A stretch of DNA of 64,000 bases from Octopus sinensis (Eukaryota): the NCBI RefSeq assembly GCF_006345805.1, contig NC_042999.1, positions 72,912,001 through 72,976,000 on the forward strand, in the 5' to 3' direction. Within the stretch, counting starts at the first letter, position 1. Each line of letters opens with the position of its first letter. The position numbers and the translations under genes are program-made. This document shows, piece after piece, positions 1-12,124 of this stretch. The notes beneath the pieces are model-generated. The model was not told where the DNA came from. It was given only the letters and a program-made list of their open reading frames with translations, and searched no databases.

Positions 1-139
1 CACCATGGGATAATATATATCCAATATACTGCTAGATAGGTACCCAACAAAATTAATACATAGATGTTAAAAATTGTCAAACAATCAGTTCATCTATTGC
101 ATTATATGGGTAAAGGTAATAATATTACCGTAAATTAAT

Positions 140-803
140 ACTACAAAATTAGAGAATGGAGAAATATACTTAAATCAGTAAAACATCAACTATCCGATGA
201 TACTCAATCCATACTTTAATACACCATTACATATGAGTAAAGGCAATACATAAAATGAAATGAGATATACAGTAATAGTAAAAAGATAAAGAGATATAAG
301 TAAAAAATTTTCAAATATAATATGCAAATAAATCAAAACTGACAGCTGTTTCGGCAGTGAGGACAGTCATACCTCATTTAACCTATAAGCCATAAAGGCA
401 GGTATAAATGAGGCATTAACAAGGATGCCCCACGGCCTCTTCAGAGAATTAAATTAAATTTGTTATAATAGTGAAAAATATTATACAATCATATACATAT
501 AAATATAAAAATATAAAAATGTAAAATATAAAAACTTATACATCATAAAGCTACACTTATATAATATAATACACATTTGTACAAAAAAGGAAGGTAAACA
601 GAACAAAATAAAACAAAATATATAATAGTGTATATATTAATATCAATAAGTACCGATATTATACATATTTGGCTAATAGTTTTTTTTATATATATAAAAA
701 AAAAAAAAAAAAAAGGCTAACATATATGGAGATGAAAAATAATAATTAAATCCGTGGTACAGTTCATAAGATTCTAAAGCTATAAAAGTTAATAAAAATT
801 ACT

Positions 804-852
<49 letters not shown>

Positions 853-1760
853 TATAATAAAAAATAGATACAGTTAAGTTAGCACCAAGTCCATCCTTAC
901 AAGATCGAAATAACTATGAGTTAAGAAATGCTGACCACTAGGTAAAGAAAATATAGATTAATTCGATTGGCTATTGGTTTGAAATTTAAATCACAAAAGA
1001 AAATTATACGGTTGGTTAGTCAGGGAACGCCAATATTCACATACGCATCTACAGATCAATCGCACATACACACATAGTAATATGTATATGCATACACTTA
1101 TACACATACATAATTACAAGCAACAACTAGCACATAGATAAACAAAAAGGGAAGCAACTATGCTACAATTTAGTCCTTCAAAATTATAATTGTGCCTCAA
1201 TAATAAAAGAAGAACCATCCATGCATTCCATAAAATATTTAATTTAGATATAAATATATTTCTAAATATCAGTATGTTACTAAGTCAGATACTTATTTCA
1301 TGGGTAACTTAAAATTTATAACACCGGTTTGTTGCAGAGTAAAACATACGGTTGTTAGATTTATCGTGAGTTTGTTATGGTTTTAAGTACGCTAAATTAT
1401 AAAATATAAAATATAAAATATATATTAATTTAAATATTATAAATAAGTCACTTATTAACTTAATAAATGGGGCATCCTTGTTAATGCCTCATTTATACCT
1501 GCCTTTATGGCTTATAGGTTAAATGAGGTATGACTGTCCTCACTGCCGAAACAGCTGTCAGTTTTGATTTATTTGCATATTATATTTGAAAATTTTTTAC
1601 TTATATCTCTTTATCTTTTTACTATTACTGTATATCTCATTTCATTTTATGTATTGCCTTTACTCATATGTAATGGTGTATTAAAGTATGGATTGAGTAT
1701 CATCGGATAGTTGATGTTTTACTGATTTAAGTATATTTCTCCATTCTCTAATTTTGTAGT
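140..1760 (-). mobile_element. Penelope-like (PLE) non-coding remnant with an inverted partial copy of its terminal repeat
   Basis: 140-432 is the near-perfect reverse complement of 1468-1760 (~293 bp arms). The left arm carries a hammerhead motif on the minus strand. The layout matches the Penelope locus at 42704-45767. No ORF is recognisable between the arms. Confidence 0.65.
330..455 (-). ncRNA. Type I hammerhead ribozyme motif with extended stem II
   Basis: Minus strand reads ..AATTCT-CTGAAGA-GGC...(long hairpin)...GCC-GAAAC-AGCT-GTC-AGTTTT. Both conserved core boxes (CUGANGA, GAAA) are present, with a GUC cleavage triplet and palindromic stem III (ACAGCTGT). Confidence 0.7.
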
Positions 1761-2044
1761 TATATATATATATACATACGCATACACACATACTCATGTG
1801 TGGGTGTATGTTTGTCCTCACACTGCTTTACTACCAGTGTTGTTATAATGGTTCAGCAAAAGACACTTATAGACCAGACATAAAAAGCAATAAGTAACAG
1901 TGCAATGACTGAAACAAGTAAGAAGACAAAAACAGAAACGAATGTCATTTTTCTTCTTCATTCTTGTGTTGCCTATTGGAGTCCATGAAATAAATAGCAA
2001 GTACATAAATTCCCTATAAATCATGGTCATGTGCCACTGGAAAA

Positions 2045-2828
2045 TTGTTAGGGTACATACAAGTAGGGGTTCACCAAGGATCGGTCCTCAGCCCCCTCTT
2101 GTTCATCATAGTCCTCCAGGAAATAACAGGAATTTTCAAGACAGATTGCCCCTGGGAGCTCCTCTATGCTGATGACTTTGTTCTTATAGCTGAATCACTA
2201 CCAGAACTAGAGAAGTTTCAGGTATGGAAGCAAGGTCTAGAATCGAATGGCCTTAGATTTAACATTAGCAAAATAAGCCTTAGTAAGTAGAAAGGTAGAC
2301 AAATCACATATCCCTTCAGGTAGATGGCCCTGCTCGATCTGTAGAAAAGATGTAGGTAGAAACTTCATAAGATGTACCCGGTGTAAGCTATGGACACATA
2401 AGGGGGTGCAGCAATGTCAGAGCAAGGTTAACAAGGAAAATAGCTTTTATGTGTGGAAGATGCTGGGCAAAGTTCAGAGAGCTCTTATCTCTGCTGGCAA
2501 CAAAGGGCCTCTCCCTCAGAGTGAAAGGAGGATTGTATGATTCCTGTGTGCAAACAGCTATGCTACACAATAGTGGAACATGGGCTGTTACAGCTGAGTG
2601 CATGTGTAGGCTTGAAAGCAATGAAGTCAGTATGCTTCACTGGGTGTGCAATGTCAGTGTGCATGTTTGACAGTGTAAGCGTTTTGAGAGGAAGGTTTGG
2701 CATAAGAGGCATCGGATGTGGTATTCAAGAGAGACAATTGTGCTGGTATGGTCGTGTGATACATATGGACAAGGGCAGCTGTGTAAAGAAGTGCCGATCT
2801 CTAACTGTGGAGGGAAACTGTGGTAGAA
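2045..2828 (+). pseudogene. Degenerate RTE LINE RT / C-terminal fragment
   Basis: Broken ORFs VGVHQGSVLSPLLFII..WELLYADDFVLIAES and WAKFRELLSLLATKGLS match the ORF at 46922-49570. There are frameshifts, stops and an internal deletion after the zinc finger. Confidence 0.9.
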
Positions 2829-3904
2829 ATGAGATTTTGACTAAATACAGTTGATCCAATATAAAAATCCTCAAAATATAACTGTTGCATGAATTTGGAT
2901 GAAATTTCTGATACATTAGTGTACATTGTGAATGTGGCTTTTACATGTGTTGCTTTCGTTAGCCAATGTAGGTTGAATACAGTTAAGTCGATTACAGAGA
3001 GAGAGATAGAGACAGAGATATATTGATCCTGAATTATTGATTTCCTGTCCCAGAGCTGAAATTTTGCTCTAGTTAATCTGTGTAACTTGGAAGTTCAATT
3101 CCCATCAGGGGTGAGAGAGAAAGATCCACGATGTACTTTTAACCCCTCCATTCAAAGGTTTTTAAGGTTCAGCAAATTAGTGTTATTTAGAATATGTCTC
3201 CCCACCCCCATAAAACTACTAGTATGCAGAGACATTTAAAAAGAATCAGCAAATTAAAATTTTCGTTCATTCATACCATTGATGCAATATCAACTAGATG
3301 ACACTCATGTTCTGAATTGATAAATCCAACATTACTTAGATGAAGTATCATTCTAATTATTTTATCCATAATATCACCCTAATTATTTTATCCAAGTTCA
3401 AACACTCTCTAATTAAGTCATTAGTATATGAATAATTAACAAATAATATCACTAAGTTATAACATGACTGCCTGTAGTATTAAATGCCATTATGTTCAAT
3501 AACCAATGGGAGAAAAATTCAGAGAAAAACACACGCATGCACATATACACACAGTGCAAGCAGGAAATCTTTTGAAAGGAAGTTCTTTCTAAAATAACGA
3601 TAAATATTGTTTCTTGTTTAGAAGAATACTTAGTTCCAGTTTTTGACTCCAAACAACAACACTGTTTGAAGTGGTTTCAGATTTGGCAGCTCTATACCTA
3701 CACAAGTGTCTGGATGATCAAGACGATAAGGGACTGGATAACAATCTAAATGGTTTGTCAGTGGCAAAGATTTTTAACTCTACAACCAAGCTGACATAGC
3801 TCTAAGTAGATAGCACTTGGTGATATAGTTTATTCCTGTAAACGGACTCAGCACTATAAAACTGCTGACCATTTTGTTTGCTTAGTGACACTCTACTGGT
3901 AATG

Positions 3905-4165
3905 GCAATGAGGTTCCAGTTGATTCGACCAACAGAACAACCAGCTTCTGAAATTAATGTCTGAGTAGCTGAGCACTCTTTAAACATACTTACCCTAAAA
4001 GTTGTTCTCAAGGCGATTCAGCATAATACAGAATGCGATGAGGCTGGCCCTTTGAATTACAGGTACAGCTCACTTTTGGTAGCTGAGTAGACAGAAACAG
4101 TGTGAAATAAAGTGTCTTGCTCAAGGACACAATGCACTGCTGGGTATTGAATGCTCTACTTCCTT
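3905..4165 (-). mobile_element. SINE (family with TGTGTCCTTGAGCAAGACACTTTA core)
   Basis: Homologous to 10335-10630 and to the 5' part of 11490-11815. Confidence 0.7.
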
Positions 4166-4181
4166 TACACAGTCTTTGAGC

Positions 4182-4216
<35 letters not shown>

Positions 4217-4384
4217 TACTTTTCTATGCTTGCAAGGGCCAGATTAAATTTGGTTTGGGGTTGAACCCCACTGCATGGCACCTTAGGCAAGTGTCCTCTG
4301 TTATAGCCCCTGGTTGTCCTGTGCCTTATTTGTCTGTGAATTTGGTAGACAGAAACTGTGTGGAGGCCATTTGTGTGTGTGCGT

Positions 4385-5870
4385 GTAATCATCAATTAAC
4401 ATCTGTTTTCCATGCTTGCACAGTGTGAAATGAGCTGGCAAGGCTGAGAGTCATATCAGGCCCCATTATCTGTTTTGGCATGATTTCTACAGCTGGATAC
4501 CCTTCCTAATGCCAACCAATTTACAGAGTATACTTGATGCTTTTTACATTGCACCAGCACAGGTACTTTTTATATGGCATAAGCACAAGTGCCAGCACTC
4601 GCTGGATCACCAAGTTCCTTGCAAGAATGAGAAAGAAAACGAAAAGAGCAAAAACCTCTCAACTGGAGTAGGGAGTAATTTTGGTAACAGTTGAGAAATT
4701 AAAGGTATAGGTGCCCTGCTGTAGATACATAAATACTCCAGTTGCAAAAGAAAGAGGAGTAAGGATAGGATAAGGAAAGCAATAGTGAGAGAGATATGGT
4801 GAAAATGTGTTGGGATGTGCTCTTAGGGGACTGTGGGTGGTGAGAATAGGTGAAGTGATACAAGTTTGGATTGGAGTGAGTGGGCAGAATAGAGGTGAGT
4901 ATAGCAAATGATGGAAAGAAACCTAGGAGAGGCTTGGGGACAGGGGTTTGCAGTTGACATGGTGAGGTGGATGGTAGTAGATATGTGAGGTCATTGTGGG
5001 TGATCACAGATAAGGGAGGTGTTAATGATGGAGACCAGGCAGGGAGGAGGATAGAAGGTACAGAAAGTTGACTGGTGGAGATAGGAGGCAGAGGAAAATA
5101 ACAGAAGTGGAAGTGGTTTGGGATGGGGAAGAAAGGTAATTGAGAAAGCTGGGTAGAATGCATGTGCCAATTCTGCTCTCAGTTGATAGAAAAATGATGA
5201 GTGTTAGGGTGTGAAATGTGGTGGTGGTTGATGGGGCAGAACCCCTCCCCATGAACAAGAATTACCATGGTGATTTTAGGATATCAACTCTTCTGTGGTG
5301 GGCTGGTCTTGAGTACAGCAATGTGCCAGGTATCTTGATCCTTTGTCACCCCCTTTGTAAAACTCTGCATTTTGTGATCTGCCTTCCATACTTTGTGCCA
5401 TATCTTCCTGAGTTTCCACCTGCCACAAGTTCCACCTACTTTTAAGTGATTGGCACTTTGCACTTTATGCAACTGTCCTCATTCATATGCATCACATGAC
5501 CAAATCAGCACAATTTTCTCTCTTGGATACTGCATCTAATTCCTTTTATGGTTGTCTTTTCTCTCAGTACATGAGTGCTCTGTCATACATGTACATTGAA
5601 ATTGTACATCTAGCAGAGTATACTGCCTTCATTCCTCTTTAGTCTTTGCATGTTCTCCACATTTAGAGCCCATGTCTCACTACCATGTAGCATTGTTGTT
5701 CGTATACATGCATCATACAGTTTACCTTTCACTCAGAGAGAGAAACCTCTGGTTGTCAACCGAGGTAAAAGCTCTCTGGACTTTCTCCATCATATTCTTC
5801 ATCTAGCAGTAACACTCTTGGCACATCCTCCTCCTCCTCTGCTAAATAGGTCACCTAGGTAGCAGAAATT
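4385..5870 (-). mobile_element. 5'-truncated RTE LINE with long pyrimidine-rich 3' UTR and conserved tail
   Basis: 5284-5870 encodes degenerate RTE C-terminus (MTKDQDTWHIAVLK). 4385-4560 is the shared GGAAGGG(T/C)ATCCAGCTGTAGAA..CATGGAAAA-(GAT) tail on the minus strand. Confidence 0.75.
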
Positions 5871-6399
5871 ATCTACTACTTCTTGAGGAGCATTTGAGAA
5901 AATTAAAGGCCATTTTATCTGAAGGGGTGAAGGTCTGTCTACTTGCTTACTAGGACCTTGGTCTTTACTAAGTTAACTTTAAGGCCCTTCAATTCCAGGT
6001 TTTGCTTCTATACTTAGAATTTCTTTTCTAGTTCTGTCTATTCTGCTATCAGAACAAGGCCATCAACATAGAGTAGTTTCCATGGGCAGCCAGTCTTAAA
6101 TTCCTTTCTCTATATATGTGCTTATATTTATTTGTGTGTGTATGTCTGTGTTTGTACCCTCTTACTGCTTGACAATCAACGTTAGTTTGTTTACATGCCT
6201 GTAACTTCTTAGTGGTTATCAAATGTGATAGAGTGAATAAGTACCAGACTAAAAAAAAGAACAGAAACAAACAAACAAGCAAGCTTAAGTAGTGGGGTTG
6301 ATTTGTTTGACTAAAACCCATCAAAGTGGTACCCTAGTATAGCTGCAGTTCAATGACTGTAACAAATAACAAAAGATAATACAAATATACATGTATGTA

Positions 6400-6915
6400 T
6401 ATCATCATCATCAGCAGCAGCAGCAGCATTTAATGTGTGCTTTCCATGTTGGCATGGGTTGGATGATTCCACATGGACCTGGCTAGCTGGGAGCTGTCCA
6501 GACTCCAATTGTCTACTGTGGCATGGTTTCTATGACATGAGTGTGCTAGGTGATCTTCATGTGCCACTGGCACAGGTGCATTCTTGCAGCACCAACATGG
6601 GTGCTTTTTATGTGGAACTGGCATCTGAAAGGACAAACCTGTATGTTGGAGGACAATGATTTTACTTAGCTTGATGTGTCTTATCAAGTACAGCAAATAA
6701 CCACACCTCCTGGTCTCTTGTCATTTCCTCACTGAGGCCCAGTATCCGAAGATCTTTTCTCACCACTTTGTCCCACATCTTCTTGGGTCTACTCCTTCCA
6801 CAAATACCCTACACAGTTAGGGCTCGGCACTCCTTTACACAGCTGTCTTCATCCATATGCATCACATGATCAAACCAACCCAGTCTTCTCTCTGACAAAC
6901 GGCATTTGATGCCCC
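6400..6915 (-). mobile_element. RTE 3' fragment (C-terminus plus tail)
   Basis: Encodes RRLGWFDHVMHMDEDSCVKECRALTV. The tail ends in (GAT/GCT)n at ~6400. Confidence 0.8.
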
Positions 6916-9348
6916 CCCCCTCTCTCTGCATGTGTGTGAGATAGTTGAAAGTTCTTACAAAGTAACTTATCAATGAGAAATAGTTGATTTCTATTAGTTT
7001 GTTTGTCAAATGGCCACAGCTTGGCCTTAAGTGGTCTGAATGTAATATGAATTTTGAAATTAAATTGCGTATTTACTTGTAGGGCTAGTATGTGAAAAAT
7101 AAAATATTACAAATATTCAGTGTTATTTTTTAATATTGTTGTAATGCTAAAGAAAGTAAACATTGTTTCCATAGTGATAGACTCTGTACTTTACAGTAGT
7201 GATTTTATTCCCTGCAATATTTTTATTTGTATTCTCGTTACAGCTTACTTAATTATTTACTGTAATTATCACTGGTATTCTAGTTATATTTAGTGAATGT
7301 AAGTAAGCTTCAAGTACTTGTTGTCTGACTAGTTGCATCTTTTTAGAACTGCATGAACGTCACACAGTCTCTTTTCTATCAGTTTATCACTATTAAAGGT
7401 AAACTGTGAGACGTGTGTGATATGTGATTCTGTGTGGGGAAACATCATAAATGATGAATGCATCAACAGGAACTGGAGAAGAATGAGCTAATAAATTGTC
7501 TGTTTGGTTGAAATGTAAATTTGTGAGAATAACTAGATACAAACTGAACGAGGAAAGTGGTTGGGTATCAAATGTATTAACTAATATTTGCACTATCATA
7601 AACATGTAAAGCTAGCTGTAAAAAAAGTACTTTTAAGTTAATGCTGAAAGGCATCTGCCTGTGGTAGCTGTTATCAAACAGACTTGAAAGGAAGTATTAT
7701 ATTAGATCTCTGGACATTAGATACCACAAAGGAATGAGTACATCAGTGAGATGCAGGGAATGATATTGAAATGAAAATGTATTTCATGCTAGGTAAAATA
7801 AATGAAAAGGATAATGATATTCCTCTTGGTATTTTCTATTCTGAGTTTAAATCCCACTAGTATTGTCAACTCTTTTATTTCAGTTGTAGGTTCAATAAGT
7901 ACTGATATCATTCTGGACAAAATGGAAGAACTTACAAAATCTGGTTTAGTGTCCTAATCAAAATGAAACATTATTTGACAAAATGGTTATGTGTTATAGT
8001 TATGGGTATGGGATAAAGAAGTTCACTTCCTGGCCATATGGTTTCAGGTTCAGTTCCACTGCATAACACCTTGGGCAATTTTTTTCTAATATAACCATGG
8101 GCTGATCAAAACCTTATCAGTGGTGTGTGTGTGTGTAGGTGTGTTTGTGTCTTGTCTTGACACATATGCCAGTTGTAAATGAGCATCACTTTCATACAAG
8201 AGGTGTTCTTTCTGAAAACATGTCCAAACATGGGGAAATATTACACAACTTAGAAACAAGTGTGGGTTGGCAACAGGAAGGGACTCCAGCTGTTGAAAAA
8301 AATCTGTTACTGAATTCTTTGTGACCCATGCAAGCATGGAAAAGTGGTCCTTAAGACAATGATGATTATGGATGTAACCAAGAGCTAGTGGTTTTGATGA
8401 TTGTAATTTGATGGTTAATTGGATATTAATTAAAACTCTCCTTATTTATCAGTTTTTAGTCGGTATTCTATCTTTTCCTCTCACAATTAAGTGTATAGAC
8501 ATATTTTTGTCACCTGCTCAAACACATTATATTCATAGATCATTAACTAATATAATACTTGGCTATTTGTTCATTTAAATTAATTTAAGCTAATTATTGC
8601 TACTTTTTATTACGGATAGTAATGGTGATCTAATGGCAGAGAAAGTAGTCACAGATTAAAATTATTTTATAGTATTTAGTTTCATCTTTCTAGTGTTCAA
8701 ATCTCAACAAATTGTTCACTGTTACCCTCCATAGTCAGTAAAATAGTATTAGTAGTATACTGCAGTTTCATTCAATGAATTGTACCAAGTAAATTGTGAC
8801 CTTGTCTCAATGCTAGACACAATTATTGATTGTGTGTGTGTGTGTGAGACTTTCACATTGTTTGTTTGTCTAGGTAGGCATTGGAATAATCTGTTCAGGG
8901 GTTTATTTCCTTAATAACATTGACATTGTTAAATGTTCTTCAGATGTTGGGCTTCACAGAGGGGGTGACAGGGGTCCAAGACTCCTGGCAGCTGTGCTTG
9001 AGAAGATGTGTTAAGCTAAGTAAAGTGGTTGTCCTTGTATACTTGCATGTCTCCTATATCCCTCTCCTACTGAGTGTTCCTAATCCTGCAGGCTCATGGG
9101 TGCTGGTGCCATCTAAAAAGCACCAGTACTGGTGCCATGTAAATGTACTTGCACCAGTGCTGCATAAAAACATCCAGTACACACCATAAAGTGATTGGCA
9201 TTAGGAAGGACATCCAGCCATAGAAACTATGCCAAAACAGACATGGAGCCTGGACCAGCTCTCTGGCTAGTCAGCTCCTGTCAAACTGTCCAACCCATGC
9301 CAGCATGGTAAATAGACATTAATGATGATGATGGTTTTCTGTGTAAAT

Positions 9349-9603
9349 CAGTGGTTCTCTACCACATTTTGCCTGTGGACCCCTTTGATTCCTATTTTAC
9401 TCTACTGGACACACCCTCCCTAGCCATTTGAAGTTTTAAAAAATCTCAGTATATTTTTATAATTGAATAATATTAGGAATTGTATAAAAAATGGATAGAA
9501 TATGTGTACTGTAGAAGTGTAACTGAGTTATTGCACATAATTTTTAACATCTAAATCTTATATGGGCCTCAAGGTTCATGTGGACCCTGTTTGAGAACCA
9601 CTA
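9349..9603. mobile_element. hAT-type MITE
   Basis: Termini CAGTGGTTCTC...GAGAACCACTA. 8-bp flanks GTGTAAAT / GTGGAAAT match 7/8, as expected for a hAT TSD. Confidence 0.75.
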
Positions 9604-10334
9604 GTGGAAATAAGGTGATTTAACCAGGAATAAAGTTAACTGTATTGTAGACTTGGTTTATCAGAGCCTGTTCTAACTGATGTGATTACTTACACTACTG
9701 AATATATAAAAAAAAACAACAACAATAAAAAACTCCCTCCACTTTACCTTCCCATTCTTGTATATTATATAGGTACTGTAATAGATTGTTTGCATTAATA
9801 AATATTTAGTTGTTGGTGTTTAGCTCCAGCTCAACCCTAATAGAGCAGACTTGTGATCAAAGGTTTTCCAAGTCTGAGCATCTAATTTTTTCAAATGTGA
9901 CCCTCCATTAATTTTCCCAGATGCGACCAGCTAGTCTTATTTAGGTCTACTCTATCCTCTTCTCTTTTTCAAGACAGTTAAAGGAGAGTCAACTGCTGTT
10001 TCTCACAGGTCAATCAATCATGTCGAGATTTTCTTGGTTCATTAGCTTCTCAGTTGTAAAATATAATGTATCAAGACATAAATCAGGTCACTGTTCCTAG
10101 TTTCAGTAAACTCACAGATTTTCCATTAGTAAAGTTTGTTTTAATTGAGTAAAACAGACAAAGAACTAGCATCAGGTTAGATTATGCCATATATTTAAAT
10201 GTAAGGGTGGAGTTGTTACAGGAGTATAATCTTCTATCTCCCACACTTGCAGGAAACCAAAGCTCTCTACTAAGAATCTACCTCATTCTCTCTTCTATGA
10301 TGAACTAGATTGCTACTGGTTATGCACTCAGTTG

Positions 10335-10630
10335 GTTATGATAACCAGTGTTCCAGTTGGTTCAATCAATGTAACAGCCTGCTCCTGAAATTAATGTGTA
10401 TGTAGCTGAGCACTTCACAGACACACATACCCATAACATACTTCTCAAGGAGATTCAATGTGACACACACTGTCTGTGACAAGGCTGGCTCACTGAACTA
10501 CAAGTAAAACTCAGTTTTGCCAGCTAAGTGGACTGGAGTAGTGTGAAATAAAGTATCTAACTCAAGGACACAATGCACCACCCAGTAATTGAAATCATGA
10601 GCTGAACACACTAACCACTAAGCCACACAC
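10335..10630 (-). mobile_element. SINE (same family as 3905-4165)
   Basis: Shared CTCAAGGACACAATGCAC, GACAAGGCTGGC and GCTGAGCACT blocks. Confidence 0.7.
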
Positions 10631-11489
10631 TTTCACTAGATCATTGCTATATGGATAGCTAGCTACTAATCGTTTGCAGGGAAATGCATCATCTGTGTAT
10701 CTATTCTCGAAACAGCTGTAAGAGACTACATGCACACCTTACTTACTTCTTCTTTCTGACTTATACTCTTGTACCAACTCCGTCTTTTTTTAAATATATG
10801 AATGTCATAATCTAACCTGTTACCAGTTCTTTGCCTGTTTATACTTTTATTCTATTATACATGTACTAGCTGAGCTGACAGTGGCCAATTGTCATCAGCA
10901 GCTATAACATCCCTACGTTTAATTACAGTCCAGAATGGAGTTTTAGGTAACAAGTCAACATGAGCCCTAATTGTATGTACCTATTACTGTACATCATCAG
11001 ACGTAATAATTACTTAAAGTTTGTTTTATGTTCATTAGGTCTCTTTGAAATTATAATTACAAAATATAACTGTTTGCATTTGAATGCAATTCAGTATATA
11101 AATTTGAACCTGTTCATTTCCAATTCTACCCCAAATTGGCAATCATATTATTCATTTCAAATGTAATTTTATAGCCAAATGTCCTTATTAATAATTAATG
11201 TTTATAGAAATTAAATACAATGCAAATAATTTCCTTGGTAGAACAGGGTCTGAAATATCATATTGCATGAAGATATTTGAATTGTAATTTTGATTTCTAA
11301 CATAGCAAAAGGCCACAAATTTGTTGAAGTGTGTCACATAAATGAATCAACACCAGCATATAACCAGTATTTATTTCATAATCAGGAAACATTATATAAA
11401 ATTTGACTGTAACATTATTTGAATTTGGAATGTAGATATTCAAAATTAGATGCTAAAATAAATTTAGTCTTCTACTCTATTATATCACA

Positions 11490-11815
11490 ATGGTTAGAGC
11501 ACCAGGCTTACAATTGAAAGGTTGTGAGTTTGATTCCTGGACTGGGTTGTATGTTGTGTTCTTGAACAATACACTTTATCTTACATTGCTTCAGTTCACT
11601 CAGCTGTAGAAATGAGTTGTGACATCATTGGTGCCAAGCTGTATCAGTCTTTGGCTTTCCTTTGGATAACATCAGTAGTGTGGAGAAAGAAGATTGGTGT
11701 GCATAGACGACTGCTGGTCTTCCATAAACAACCATGCCCAGACTTGTGCCTTGGAGGGGAACCTTCTAGGTGTAATCCCATGGTCATTCATGACCGAAGG
11801 AAGTCTTTACCCTTT
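11490..11815 (+). mobile_element. tRNA-derived SINE
   Basis: A-box-like TGGTTAGAGC and B-box-like GTTTGATTCC, followed by TGTGTTCTTGAACAATACACTTTA core. Confidence 0.65.
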
Positions 11816-11899
11816 TTAATATTTTCTCTTGCTCTTAATTTGTCAGCATGTAAATTTTGCAGTACAATAATTACATTTTGTTTTAATGTTTTGGTTTAA

Positions 11900-12124
11900 C
11901 TTTTTAGCATTTAAACTGACCATATCCAACCCAAATATTTTACCTGTATTATTTTCAAACTGATCAGATCCAGCCTCTCTCACATGCCCTTCAATACCAT
12001 TCTAAAAAATAGAAATAAACAGTCACATCATCGAAATCTCAAAGTTGCGAGATAATGCATGATTAATTCTAAACTGTGAATAAATAAGCATTACATTTGA
12101 CAGAGTAATCTGAATGGTAAAGGG
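11900..12124. mobile_element. piggyBac-type MITE, family B (CCCTTTAGCATT TIR)
   Basis: TTAA on both sides (11896-11899, 12125-12128). Internal sequence is shared with 31719-31938 and 33024-33243. Confidence 0.8.

Noticed and set aside
10929-10946. Possible microexons (TCCAGAATGGAGTTTTAG; also 33554-33579 and 52119-52147)
   Set aside because: AG..GT pairs this short arise often by chance in 64 kb, and there is no independent support.
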